Shown here piece by piece: positions 27,040-40,180 of a stretch of 64,000 bases of DNA. The stretch spans positions 1,178,001 through 1,242,000 of the forward strand of contig MU054323.1 in the NCBI GenBank assembly GCA_013239625.1, read 5' to 3'. Each line of letters opens with the position of its first letter. Position 1 is the stretch's first letter. Under the pieces are notes generated by a model. It was not told the origin of the DNA. It did no database searches and was given only the letters and a program-made list of their open reading frames with translations. Source of the stretch: Lama guanicoe (taxonomy: Eukaryota). The position numbers and the translations under genes were made by a program.

Positions 27040-27975
27040 CCCAGGAATAAAGAAGAAACACTTAGATGTAGTAGTGACCCCCTACTTGAAGCTATGGAGC
27101 TCATGGTAAACTGGACTCTGAAACACACATCAGGGACCAGAGCTTTGATTTCCACATGGAAGCTAGACCTGGGGCTAGAGACCCCACGTGTCATAGGGAT
27201 CCAGCAATGTACATGAACTGAACTGGAAAATACCTGCCCATTTCTCAGGATCACAGAAAAGAAGCAAGTCACTTATTTCAGGCTCTGACTAGAAAAAGAA
27301 TCAGCCACCATAAATTATAAAATTAGCTTTGTCCTAAGTTGGTATTAACTGAATATTTACAAAACTCGGGAGTCAAGAACCTAGCCTAAGATTTGGTTAA
27401 CAGTAGGGAAACCCCATGGAACTTGGGCAGAGTCATCTGTGAGATCTTTCAATAGGGAGGCTTCTAATGACCAAGCATATATGGAAATTTTATGAAATAT
27501 CTACAATGTTTAGTCAGAAAAAGCAAAACACCAAGAAACAGCCTATGGGATTAACAAATGGGTGGATTCACACTGTGGAAATAGAGATAACAGAACTTTG
27601 CAATAAGTATATGTGAAATGTTCAAGGTAATAAGGAGGATGTAACAATTCAGGGAAGGAATAATGAATTTGGAAGGCATTATTAGAAAAATAATAAAAAC
27701 ATAATACTGAACCTTAAAGAGGGAGAATATGTGAGAAAGAAGTCACATACATGAAGAACAGGTGTAATTTCTAACATAACTTTAAAATGAGTTCCAGAAA
27801 ACGAGCAGAGAAAATGGGAAAGGCAATATAATTTGAAGAAATAATGATTCTAATTGAAGGAAAATGTAAGTCTTCAGATTTAAAAGGCACAATACAAAAC
27901 AGTATAAATCATACAAATATACTTTTGTGTATATTTAGTGAAATATCAAGTCTCAAGAATAAATAGAAAAGTTTT
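27040..27975 (+). mobile_element. Old L1M 5' region and ORF1 remnant
   Basis: Purine/A-rich. 27789-27895 reads like ORF1 GVPE...RENG...IFEEIM...LQI. The left boundary is uncertain. Confidence 0.55.
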
Positions 27976-27976
27976 T

Positions 27977-28945
27977 CAACCCAATCCAAAAATGGGCAGA
28001 AGACCTAAACAAGCAATTCTCCAAGGAAGACATACAAATGATCAAAAAGCACATGAAAAAATGCTCAGTATCATTAATTATCAGAGAAATGCAAATCAAA
28101 ACTACAATGAGATATCACCTCACACCAGTCAGAATGGTCGTCATTCAAAAATCCACAAATGACAAATGCTGGAGAGGCTGTGGAGAAAGGGGAACCCTCC
28201 TACACTGCTGGTGGGAATGCAGTTTGGTGCAGCCACTATGGAAAACAGTGTGGAGATTCCTCAAAAGACTAGGAATAGACTTACCATATGACCCAGGAAT
28301 CCCACTCCTGGGCTTGTACCCAGAAGGAAATCTACTTCAGGATGACACCTGCACCCCAATGTTCATAGCAGCACTATTTACAATAGCCAAAACATGGAAA
28401 CAGCCTAAATGTCCATCAACAGGTGACTGGATAAAGATGATGTGGTATATTTATACAATGGAATACTACTCAGCCATAAAAACCGACAACATAATGCCAT
28501 TTGCAGCAACATGGATGCTCCTGGAGAATGTCATTCTAAGTGAAGTAAGCCAGAAAGAGAAAGAAAAATACCATATGAGATCACTCATATGTGGAATCTA
28601 AAAAACAAAAACAAAAACAAACAAACAAACAAAAACAAAGCATAAATACAGGACAGAAATAGACTCACAGACAGAGAATACAGACTTGTGGTTGCCGGGG
28701 GGGTGGAGGGTGGGAAGGGATAGACTGGGATTTCAAAATTGTAGAATAGATAAACAAGATTACACTGTATAGCACAGGGAAATATACACAAAATGTTATG
28801 ATAAATCACAGAGAAAAAAATGTGACAATGAGTGTGTATATGTCCATGAATGACTGAAAAATTGTGCTGAACACTGGAATTTGACACAACATTGTAAAAT
28901 GATTATAAATCAATAAAAAATGTTAAAAAAAATAAAAAAAAATAA
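27977..28945 (+). mobile_element. Young 5'-truncated LINE-1 with an uninterrupted ORF2 C-terminus (28038-28601) and 3'UTR
   Basis: 187-aa ORF with intact [18 protein letters not shown] cysteine-rich motif, [24 protein letters not shown] and native stop. G-rich 3'UTR, AATAAA and A-rich tail. Confidence 0.97.
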
Positions 28946-29207
28946 ATACATACATACTAAACCCACCAGTTAAATGAAAAACAGCTTTAGGAAGGATGAA
29001 CTGATAGATAGCAGACCACTTCTCCCTCCTAGATCAATTTTTAAAGCCAGATTGAAAAAACAGAAGTCAGCTGCTTGAGGCAACAGTAGCTAGAGAAACT
29101 ATGACTCCCAAGAGAGAAGAAACTCTGAAAAGTGACCTTTATGCAGTGCTCTTGAAAGACAAAAATGAAAGTACAAGATATACCAACCAGGAAAGGAACT
29201 TGCAGAC

Positions 29208-29720
29208 TATTATATTAATGAGCCAGAGCTGGCCTCTGTGCATTGGCCTCTGGGTTGTTGATTTCTTCACTACAGCCTGAGATCCATTAGATCAAAAGCC
29301 TAACTGCTCCAAACTCACATTTTTCCAGATCCAATTATTTTTAAAATAGCTCAAATATGCAGATTTTTAGCCATTTAGAGCCTGCCTGCTTGCATACCCC
29401 CATTAAAACCTCCCTGGACTGTTACTAGTCATAAGATTCCAAACCATTGCTATCCTTTGGAGTTCCCTGACCCATTTACTCACCACCCTGCTGCTAAGCC
29501 TCCTTTCTGATTCTTCAGTCCCCTAGAAGTTCCCTTACCTCCTCCCTTTCTGGACGGTGGCCTCCATGCTCTAAGTCTCTGGATGGTCTCATAGAGTGAG
29601 GGACTTCCCGTCTCCTGCCATCCTGTCCAGGTACCACTGAATAAAGGCTGTTGTGTGTTACTAACTTTCATGGTCATACCTTTCAATTTGATCAGCCCCA
29701 AATCCCCCAAACTCTCTACA
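29208..29720 (+). mobile_element. Endogenous retrovirus solo LTR (MER90-like 3' end; family tentative)
   Basis: About 510 bp, AATAAA at 29641-29646, ends atcagccccaaatcccccaaactctctaca. Flanked by direct repeat cagac at 29203-29207 and 29721-29725. Confidence 0.7.
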
Positions 29721-29739
29721 CAGACTACTCCAGGCTCTC

Positions 29740-30790
29740 AGTTAAAAACTCTGAAAGGCCAAATTAGGACAGTCCCTGGTTGAATTACAGTAATAATCTA
29801 TCACTATCTACTTAAGTTAAAAGAAGAATGAGCCCATTCTAGAGGAAAAATAACCTCTAAATAATTTCATCATACAACCTTTGTCATTCAATCAAAAATT
29901 AATAGATACGCCAAAAGAAAAGACTATACAACTGGAATCCATGGAGACAAAAAACCAATAGAAACAGACATACACGTGATGAAGATAATTTAATAACTTC
30001 ATAAGGATTTTAAAATAGGACAAAATAGATACAATTGTGGAGAATTTACTAGAGAATTGTAATCTATAGGGAAAAAGTAAATAGAAGTCCTTCCATTGAC
30101 AATTTCTAAATCTGAAATTAGGCTAGATGAATATTGTAAACTAGAGGCCCAGAAAGACAGGAGAGAAGGAACGGGGAAGAAGAGAGAGTGACCAAAATTT
30201 TTCTCCAACATTGATGAAAGATACTAACCCGCAGATTCAAGTATCTCCAAAGATTTTGGACAAAAGTATATGCAAAGAAAACTGCACTTGAGCACATGAT
30301 AATAAGCTGGTGAAAAACACAGGAAAAGAGAAACATTTAAAACTAGCTAGAGAAATAAGGATGCATTAACAAAGAAGGAGAATATAAAACTGGTGACATC
30401 TTAGTGGAAATAATGGAAACAAAAAAAGATATATATATTTAAAATTCTGAAAGAGAAAGAAATAGACAAAATTCTATACTCTATACTCAGTGAAAACGTC
30501 ATTTAACAATGAAGATGAGGTAGTCATGTCTTTAGACAGAGAGAAAATCTTCCACCAACCTGCACTAAAATAAATCTGCTAAAGAGAGATACTCAAACAG
30601 AAGGAAAAGGATCTCAGAACCTAACACATAATTACAGGTTGAAATAAGGAGAAATAAAACAGATAAACAATCAGGTAGATATAAATGAATCTGGACTATG
30701 TAAAATAATAATAATTATGGAATTTAAAATGTATATATTATTAAAATACACAACAAAAATATATACTCACATATATACATTTATAAAAAT
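29740..30790 (+). mobile_element. Old L1M ORF1 remnant
   Basis: Frameshifted ORF1-like segments at 30195-30360 (PTLMKDTNPQIQ; a HMII...LARE stretch resembling HIIIKL...KAAREK). Confidence 0.75.
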
Positions 30791-31202
30791 TAACAAATAC
30801 ATTTAGAAAAATAGCCAGAAAAAAATATGAAATAATAGCAATGGTAATTGTTCTGGTTTGTTGGTGAGTGGCAAGTAACAGGTTTTGGGTGAATGATTTT
30901 AATCTCCTTAGTACACATCTCTGTAGTCTTTGTGTAGCACACAAAACAGATAAACATCTCTACCTTATCTCATGAAGCTATTTGGGAAGACAAACAGTAA
31001 AAAAACTTTAAGAAGTAAAGCACATAATAGAGCAGACAACAATAAATCTATAAGGTGTATTGCTGTTACAGCCAAAGGAAATACACACACACTGTTAGAG
31101 ATGCTGATTACCAAAGAGTAGGAAACTAGGTATACAGCCTTGAAGCCAGATTTCCCTCTCCTCGCATGCCCACCCTCCCCCTCCCACCACCTCAAAGTTT
31201 TG

Positions 31203-31265
31203 GGTGCTTTAGAATAGCCCAGGAATCCCCTCAGTCTTGGCCAAACCAGGATATTTTGTTATCCT
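31203..31265 (-). mobile_element. MER81-like hAT MITE fragment
   Basis: cccaggaatcccctcagtcttggccaaaccaggat is the approximate reverse complement of the left half of the element at 60153-60266. Confidence 0.5.
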
Positions 31266-32459
31266 GCAACTTTATAAAAATAAAACCATTTGTTCACTCT
31301 TGTTGTAGTTTACAGAGTTGTCATCAATAAAATGTCATTGCCTTTAAAAGCTGTGCTTATGGGTCACAGCACCTGCCTCTGGATTTGGTATTCAAAGTTA
31401 AAATAACCCCTTCACAAGTCATGGAGAAGAATAGAGAAGTCTTCAAGGCATAAATTAAAACTTAATACAGTGACATACATTGGATTGCCACCATTCAATT
31501 ACTAGAATGATCCTACATATCTCTCACATTACCCTCAGTTTTTCCTTCTTAATGTTGGATAAAAATATAACCTGCTTCTTGCCATCTCTCTCTTGAGAAA
31601 TGTCCAGCATCATTGATTCCTAAGCATCTTTTGGATTACCATACCATTTTCTGAGTATAGGATAACACATGGACTAGAGACTAGGTGTTTCACACATATA
31701 ATCCTATTTAATTCCAAAGGCAATCCTGCAATATATATATTGCAACAATTTTACAAATGTGTTAACTGACCTTCAGAGTGGTTCAGTAATTTGTACAGGG
31801 CCAAACAGCTAGCAAGGGCCAAGACAGGGAGGGGCACCATGGTCTAACTGCAAATTCAATTTCTTAATAATTTATCCTAAAATTTACTTTAAGAAGCTTT
31901 ATGAGTCATCAAACATGAAATTGAGGTTTTTAAAAGTGATTAATTCTTATAACCTTTAGTTTTTTTTTTTATCACACAACCCTTTCTGTTCTGAGCTAAA
32001 CAGATCTAAATCATATGATCTAAAATGATGTAAATTAGAGGAACTGTGCATCCATTTCATCCAGGCACACAAATGTCTCTCTTCCATATATTGCTCTTTA
32101 AATAGAAGTTGCTTTAGATAAAAAATTTTAATAGCTGAAATAATTATATAGTTTCTAGGTGAGTCATTCTGCAACTTTTAGTCTTTGGGAAGATTCCATA
32201 TTTCTGGTTATCTGTTATGAACTGGTTTCCAGCTACCCACTTATGTCCTTGGTAAAAGTACAGCCCATTATTAAACTTTTTTTTTAGTCAATATTGTTGA
32301 TTGATTTATGCATCAAGCCTACAGTTAAAGTTTACACTAAAACCAAAGATATATTTTAAAGTTCTGACTGGGGCTTTTCAATAACTTCACCAGGCATGTG
32401 ACCACATTTAACTAGACAGCACGCTAGGAAAAGACTTGGTTTAGACAAAAGATTTGTTG

Positions 32460-32750
32460 ATTAAGTTTAATTGAATTCCATGTGTATTTACTGACTTCCT
32501 CCTTCCTGTGCTGTAGGCACTCACTCTGCTTCCAGAAATACATAGGGGAGAGATTGCTTCTGTCTCAACAAACTCTCCACCTACTTGAGAGACATATCAG
32601 CAAATAAATTATCACATAGTGTGACAAATGTATCAGCAGACATGTATATAAGGTATAGAAGTGACACAGAGTAACGATGATTATGAAGGTGGGAAAAGAA
32701 TATCAAGGAGGGCTCCCCAGAGGTAATGATTCCTAAGCTGGATGTTGAAA
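32460..32750 (-). mobile_element. L2 LINE fragment
   Basis: tatttactgac...ctgtgctgtaggcactcactctg...aaggagggctccccagaggtaatgattcctaagctgg (antisense L2 3' region). Confidence 0.6.
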
Positions 32751-35700
32751 ACATTGCTGTGTAGAACTCCCTAGGACCTACTTCATTGATTTGATCCCTC
32801 TCCTTTACTTTACTTCCAATTTTGGCCCATTGTTAATCACAGATATCCCTGAATTTTTTTCTCATATATTCAATTCAGAATCAAATGCCATCATACTGCT
32901 TTGCTTATACATCCAAGTAGGCCACTGTTAGATACTACTATTTTCTGCAAACTTCTATCACAATTAAACATGAACTTTCCCTCCCCTGAGAAATAACACT
33001 TAGATGCTCTGTTACGTCACTTGTCGAAATTCTGCGTTGTGTTTGGGTATTGGAATAATCATACTATCCTTCTTAATAGATGGTATGCTTTCTGAAAACA
33101 TGGAACAAAGTTCATTAATATCACTACCTCTGTCTCCTCCCATTCCTCTGCCCACCACCGACGGCAACACTGAGCCCAGTGTCTGCAGTGGAGTAGGGTT
33201 CCAAAAATAGTACCTCTTTGAGAAGGGAATTTTTGAGAAATTTTTTTGAGGCGTTTTTGAGAAAACAAATTTTCCCTTGGCAGGAGAACAGGAGAGGTTT
33301 TCACTCCTGTAGCAGACATATATAGCATAAATGGAGTTTTAAATAAAATCAATATTAAACTGTACTAAGGTGCCTCCATATAAATGGATTCTTTCATGAG
33401 AAACTAATCGTTTAATAATGCTTAGTTTCTGTTAGTCAGTGATGAAGGGACTGGAAGAAATTTCCTTTCTTTATTTGTCCCCAGGACTCACATTCACTCA
33501 TAGCACTTGGCTTATTTTAAGCTCTAGAGTAGAGAGGGGCTCCTGAATGCCTGGAATCAAGATGAAAGAACAAAATGTAGGAAATGTCAGAAAATACAAG
33601 GAAAGAAAAGAATTTTTTTTTAAGTGCTGAATGTTTCCGAGTGGTCAAGAAGAGAAAGGATCGAAGAAAAGTCATCAGGTTGTATGAGGAGGAGTCATTT
33701 GGCAAAATCAGCCAAACAAGACAACAAATTCATTTCAGCAGGGAAAGGTGGGGGGTGGATAAACATTTGGGGGGAAGATAAAGAAATTAGGAAGATGTCA
33801 AATAACCCAAAAGGTTATAAGAGTGAAAGTTGCAGTGAAGTATTAAGCCCAGAGAAATAGCTTGGCAAATAACCCAGTATCTCCAAGGACCCCATAAATG
33901 ATTCATGGCTCATCATCAAAGGATCACAGTGCCCATTTCCTTTCAGTGAAAAAGGTGAGGTATTCTTATTTCCCTGCTTTATTTAAAAAACTGAATTTAA
34001 AATGTAAGAATATAGCACATTCCTAAATTTCCTCCTTAATATTGTTCAGAATCTATGATTCTTATTTCAAGTCTTGGCTGTCTGCCAGGTACTAAAACAA
34101 AACAAAACAAAAATGCTAAAAGAATTTCTTAGGGAACTTAAATTATGCATTCCACTTTAGTGCACTGTACAGCTCCTTGTAAAATTAAATATCTCACTAA
34201 AGCTAACAGGGAAGGTTGATGAAAGACATAAACTCTGTACTCAAGGTCATTTCTTACTTTATCCTTTTGATTAACTTCTGTTCTTCCACATCCCAATATA
34301 ATTTTTTTAATGAGAAGGATGAAAAATTACTTAGAAAAGATTTATATTTGTATCTATCATGAAACCACTTTAAATATATGTTTAAGAACTTCAATCAGAA
34401 GAGCTTATAAAAATGAAAACAAGTCCAGAGAATTGCCTGAGTAACCTCTGTGGGAGCAGCCAGTAAAAGTCAGGGATAACCAAATATAGCTAGAAAACTG
34501 TCTCAGTAATGCTCAGTGTGAGATTGGAATATTATTTTTTTCCCTCTTTCATAACAGGAAATAAAATACGAGACGGTGTTCAGGACTTGGAAAATATCAG
34601 AAAGGTAAATTATCAAATTCCAGCGTATTGGCTACGGTAGGCAGACTGCTATAACAACTAAACCCTAAGGTAAATACCAGCTCAAGCCCAGCAGACCTTT
34701 GCACTGGTCCGAAGCTACCGGAAAAGTCAGTGAAATGGTTCCTCTCCACGCAATCATTTGAGAGCCTAGGCTGTCAGAAGTTCTGCTATCTTGAACATGT
34801 GGTTTCATGTTCCAAGGTCACTCTGTCCATTGTGGGCAGCCAAAAGAGAAAAAAAATCATGAAGAAGCACAGGTGTATATGGGTCAGCTCTGGAAGTTGA
34901 CACATTACTTTTGCTCATATTTGCACTTATCTGCACTTGGAGGTGGGAGTAGGTTTGCAGAACTGTGTCCCCAAACTGGTAGACACCTCTGAATAGTAAT
35001 TCTACAATGTGGAGGAAGGGGAACAAGTATGAGGTGGACAACTTTCCATCTTAACCACAGTCATGTACGTTGCAGGGAATAGCACCAAATGCAAACAGTT
35101 GTCAGTGGATCTGGGGCTGTGGGAAGGTGATCTGCAGTCAGATAAGTTCAGAATATATCTTCAAGTTCCTCTATCTCTAGTTTGTGGATGCAAAGTTGAT
35201 GCTTCTTGCAATTTTTCTTTTTAAATCTACCATACACTTGAAGCTGTGGGCAGGATTCAGGAAGATTTTCAATACAGAGTTAACACGGACCCAATCACAT
35301 AAGCACAAATGATCAATTTTGGATTAATGTTTTAACCTGCTTTTTCACTAACACATTTTTTATGTTATTATTCTACAGTATTATTTAAATGCTACATAGT
35401 ATGCTATCATATGAATTTATCATAATCCATTTAATATGCAGTTAAAACAGTATATAAATATATTCCATGGTCCAATCTCCATCCTAATTTTTATATCCTA
35501 TCTCATTTAGCCCCACAACCATGCTATGCTGTGGGTATTTTTATTATTATCTCCAACTTAAAAATGTAAAAAGTAAGACTCCATGAGATAAAAACATTTT
35601 ACGAGATCATATATTGGTCATATTTTTATTTACCTGTTTCTAGAATCTTTGTCAGGTTCGACTGTATTTCCCAAGTAATAACTGCATTTCTAGCATTCTT

Positions 35701-36782
35701 TTGTGCTCTGATTCTGAACTGTGCCACAGAATTGGGAAGACAAAAGCAGTTCAGATCAGCACAGAAAATAATCACATTTATCAGCCTGCACCATGAGATG
35801 CAGTTTATTGCTGCCCCCAAGCTAGTTTTCAGAAAATACTTCTACGTGATCTACAGCTTAATCCAGAAATGGACTAAGAAATTGGACAGCTGCCATGAAA
35901 TGAACCTAAGAAGAAGGCTATTGTAAAGTTCTCTTCTTGAGCAAAAACATTCAAATAATACAGCCTTCAAGTGGTTGATTTTTTTAAATAAGACAAAACT
36001 GAAAGAAGAGTAAATTTTGCTGCATAAGGAAAGCACTGAGTTTACTTAATAGAATTTAGGGGTACATTATTATATTAATAATACACCTTTCTGTTGTGTT
36101 AACCATTCACAAAGATTTCGCTTTTCAATCTTCACACCAACTGCAGGTAAAACAGGTATTCTTTTCTCAGAAGAGATGCTCAGTCACCCAATAGCAATAC
36201 TAGGACCTTATCCTTCAAGTTCTAAGCTGTAAGTCCTCACTTTTTTGATTACTCCAATCCTCTTTGCAATTTCTTTCTTGTCCTTCAAGTCCCAGGGAGC
36301 CTTATTAGTTTTATAGATGTAACTTTTTTCTGTTGGGTTAAAATAGTAAATGAGGAATTTGTGTTTCATACATAAATTTTTGTTTGATGCAAATACTAAC
36401 AAATAACTTAAACCTTAAAACTGTCCCAGAAACAGAATTCAGCATACACTGATTAGAAAAGAAAATTAAGAGCATCTCACCAGCCATTTGGTGAGAGCCT
36501 ATTCGTGATAGGTACCATGGGAAAGAGGAGAGAGGAAGAAGATGTTAGGAGTTCAGTACCTAGAAGAGAGGACAAGGTGATTACAAATTACTCTAACAGA
36601 AGGAAAATAAAAAGCAGCATAACAGTAAAACATAACTTGTGGCATGCATGCTTAAAGGAAGGAAAGATCATGCTCACTTGGAGGAGTGATAAAAATCTTC
36701 TGGAGAAAGTTCCATTTTAAATGGGCCTAGATGGAGTAATACAATTTCAGGGACTGGAAATGGAATGAAATGCATGGAATCT

Positions 36783-37297
36783 AGACATGGAAACAGCCTA
36801 AACGTCCATCAACGGATGACTGGATAAAGAAGATGTGGTATATTTATACAATAGAATACTACTCAGCCATAAAAACCAACAACATAACGCCATTTGCAGC
36901 AACATGGATGCTCCTAGAGAATGTCATTCTAAGTGAAGTAAGCCAGAAAGAGAAAGAAAAATACCATATGAGATCGCTCATATGTGAAATCTAAAAACAA
37001 ACAAAAACAAAAAAAAACACAAACAAAGCATAAATACAAAACAGAAATAGACTCATAGACATAGAATACAAACTTGTGGTTGCCAAGGGGGTGGAGGGTG
37101 GGAAGGGACAGATGGGATTTTTAAATTGTAGAATAAACAAGATTATACTGTAAAGCACAGGGAAGTATACACAAGATCTTATGGTAGCTCTCAGAGAAAA
37201 AAATGTGACAATGTATAACTGAAAAATTGTGCTCTGCACTGGAATTTGACACAACATTGTAAAATGATTATAAATCAATAAAAAATGTTAAAAAAAA
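36783..37297 (+). mobile_element. Young 5'-truncated LINE-1, same subfamily as 27977-28945
   Basis: Colinear and highly similar to about 28390-28930. 15-bp TSD with two mismatches: aaatgcatggaatct at 36768-36782 and aaatccatgggatct at 37295-37309. Confidence 0.95.
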
Positions 37298-38214
37298 TCC
37301 ATGGGATCTGTTTCAGGTGGCGAGAAAGTTCAAAACAGCTGAAGGAGATTTCCTGTGGAAAAGACCATAAAGCACCGGGTCTTATGTGCCATAGAGTCTG
37401 TAATTAAATTCATTGAAAACTTTCATATGAAGAATGATGCATTTGATGTACATGGGGACTCAGAGAAGATGAATGTTGTTCTGTCTGTTTAAGCTGGCTT
37501 GGAAGAAGCTTCTGTTAAGAATAAAGAGAACATAACACAGCTGTATCTCAGTTTTCTAGCATAACAAGGTCTCACTGTTGGGGCGGGGGGCCAAGATAGT
37601 AGATATATTATGGAAGTAGAATTTGTAACAGAAAATTCACAAATTGAGCACAGAAATCAAATAGGCTTTTAGGACTATTAATACACCAGATTCAAAGAGG
37701 GCAAACTATTGAAAGTTTGGGTATTGATAATACACTTTATATACCTCTAAGATTTTCCATTAGAGAATTTTAATGTTTCTTCTTTCATTGATTCAACTAC
37801 TTTCTCTATATCCTGGAATGGTGTCCATTTTACCAAGAAGGAATCCAGGGCACAGTGAAGTCACACACCCAGGCAATTTAATGTGTTCCAAACTCAATTA
37901 AAGTTGCCTAGCCTCCTGGTTCTCCAAGTGATAGACCACTGAATCACTTCCTATTTTCTCAGAAAGCCACATGGGATGTTCTAAGTGTCCTTGTGGGATT
38001 CTCACTTGAATAGGTCTCATCTGGGAATAGATTAATTAAAAAAGATAACGAGTAGAAATCCCTTACATCATATCAACCTCTGCAAGTGAGAATTTTATTA
38101 TTTTAGCTTTCCACCTTCTGAACTCAACTAAATCAGATTTTCAGCACCATTAATTAGACAGTAATTAGTATGCACTCACTTTGGAAGACAGAGTGGCCTT
38201 GCTTAAGGGGAAGC

Positions 38215-38450
38215 AGCATAATAACACACAGAGTTAAGAGTGTGGGCTCTGATAATCAGTCTTCTCAAGTTTAAGTTCTACCACCATGCGACCTTGGGCA
38301 AGTGACTTAACATCTCTGTACCCCAGATTCCTAGTACATAAAACTGAGATTATAATACTAGCAGGTACTTGATAAGATCCTTCTGAAGTTAGAGGCACTC
38401 TTATCTGCACCAGTTACAAGAGTGCTGGTCACATAGTATGTGCTCAATAA
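38215..38450 (+). mobile_element. MIR SINE, near full length
   Basis: gttaagagtgtgggctctg...gcgaccttgggcaagtgacttaacatctctgtacccc...cacatagtatgtgctcaataa. Confidence 0.85.
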
Positions 38451-39949
38451 CTGCGTATAACATGTATGCATCTGGTTTCCCTAACTAAACAAGTAAGCTC
38501 CTTGAGAAAAGGGAAAATGATTTAAATAATTCATTTTTAAACTTCTATGATTTCCAGCATAATACATTTAGGTGGACTAAGACAAAATCATTCTACAGAA
38601 TTATTGTGGTCTGTAGAGATTCTCTGACAGCACCAACACTCAGTAGATGGCAAGGTCTAAGGGGACAATAAATTTTCCTCATTGAATAGAGGAAAATCGA
38701 GAATTCAGGATCCCAAGGAAATTGAGAATGTTTACAGGGAGTTGTATTTGGTTATTTTCACTTGCCTTCAGATACAATAAGTGAACTGCTTAATGTCATA
38801 TTTGAGGCAATAAACTAGTCAATTGTAGCTTGCTCCAAGAAGCTGTCCCTGAAAAGAAATCTCCTGTTAAAAGCCAGCCTTGGACGTCAAGAGCAAGTCG
38901 ATGAAGGGGTTGAAGGAGAGAAGGAATTTAGTTGCTTGAAAGACTGTGGAATTCGGTCAGCCAGACGGGCCTTAAAATCCAAGTTCCACCACTTATTAGC
39001 CATGTGACAAACATAAGACCCATTCTCATATACACCCAGACACACACACACACAAACACAATTAAACAGGTTTCCTGTGGCAAGAATTTAATGCACTCTC
39101 TCCAGTCAATAATGCAGATCAGTAGTGACTGTTTATAAACATTATGAACTTTTCCAAGTGTTTATGAAGTAAAAATTAGAATTTCTACAACATGTAACAT
39201 TAAATATCTGTCACTTATTTTGACCTTGATATGACAGCTCATGCACTTTTCATGGATGATATGTTTCTAAGCATTTTCTTATTTGATTAAATAATTGTAT
39301 GCATTTATTAGTTTTTTAAAATATGTTTTAAAGCTCTCAAAGGTGTAAAAATGGCCAAATCATAAATTATATCTCAAAGAAACCTAGAGTAACTGCTAAT
39401 GATACATTAGAAGAGAGATCAAACAGACTACAGGATAGAGGTGAAGCTCTTGGATAATGAAAGACAGAGAGCTCTGATGAAAGAGAAGAGTGATGAGGAT
39501 GACAAGAGTACGCCTTCCACACCAGCCAGGGAGAGAACCATCCAAAGCAGCAACGTGGATGCTCATCACATAAGAAAGTCATGTTATTGTAGCTGAGCTG
39601 CAGGACAGACTACAGAGAACGTGAGTTCACTAAATCTGGTAGATCTAACTATACGGAACCTACCTCTGCTAAGACTTGGTGGAGTGGAATATAATATACT
39701 AGGCACAAATGATTGGCAGTAAAATCTTTGACCTTTAGTTTCCTTGTGTCTGCAATGAGAATAATCATGACAACCTTACTTCTCCCTAAGAACTTGGCTG
39801 CTCTCTGCTGACTGGGAGGGTCAGTCGTCACCATGGGGATGGATGCGTCAGCCCCTCCACACACTTGCCAGCGTGCCCCTGGGAATTGCAGAAACTTGAA
39901 AAAGATTCCTCCTTGCCCTGCAGAGGAAATAGCTCTAAGTAAAAATAAT

Positions 39950-40180
39950 GTGGCTGGTGTTTATTGAATGTTTACAATGTGTCAAGGGCTGTGATAAGCA
40001 CTTTATACAAATTATCTAGTTAATCCTCAAGACAGCCTTTTGATAGAGCTATTATAAATGTTCTTGGCCTAAGGAGAAGAAAATTGAGCCCAGAGATTTG
40101 GTCCAAATCACTGAGCTTCTTAAGTTGCCGGGCTTGTTCTAGAACTCAGTGAGTGGGTCAGGTCTTAACCTTAACCATTG
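39950..40180 (-). mobile_element. MIR SINE
   Basis: tttattgaatgtttacaatgtgtcaagg...taagcactttatac...taatcctca...aaattgagcccagaga. Confidence 0.75.

Noticed and set aside
28038..28601. 187-aa cellular gene
   Set aside because: It is the C-terminal part of L1 ORF2 in a 5'-truncated insertion with no promoter, endonuclease or RT.
31727..31744. Perfect 18-bp palindrome tgcaatatatatattgca (and a similar one at 9230-9251)
   Set aside because: The symmetry comes mostly from a central (AT)n run, and the 31727 copy lies inside a decayed MIR.
7640..37278. Three similar hydrophobic minus-strand ORFs (7640-7933, 28585-28887, 36991-37278) as a gene family
   Set aside because: All are antisense readings of related L1 3'UTRs.
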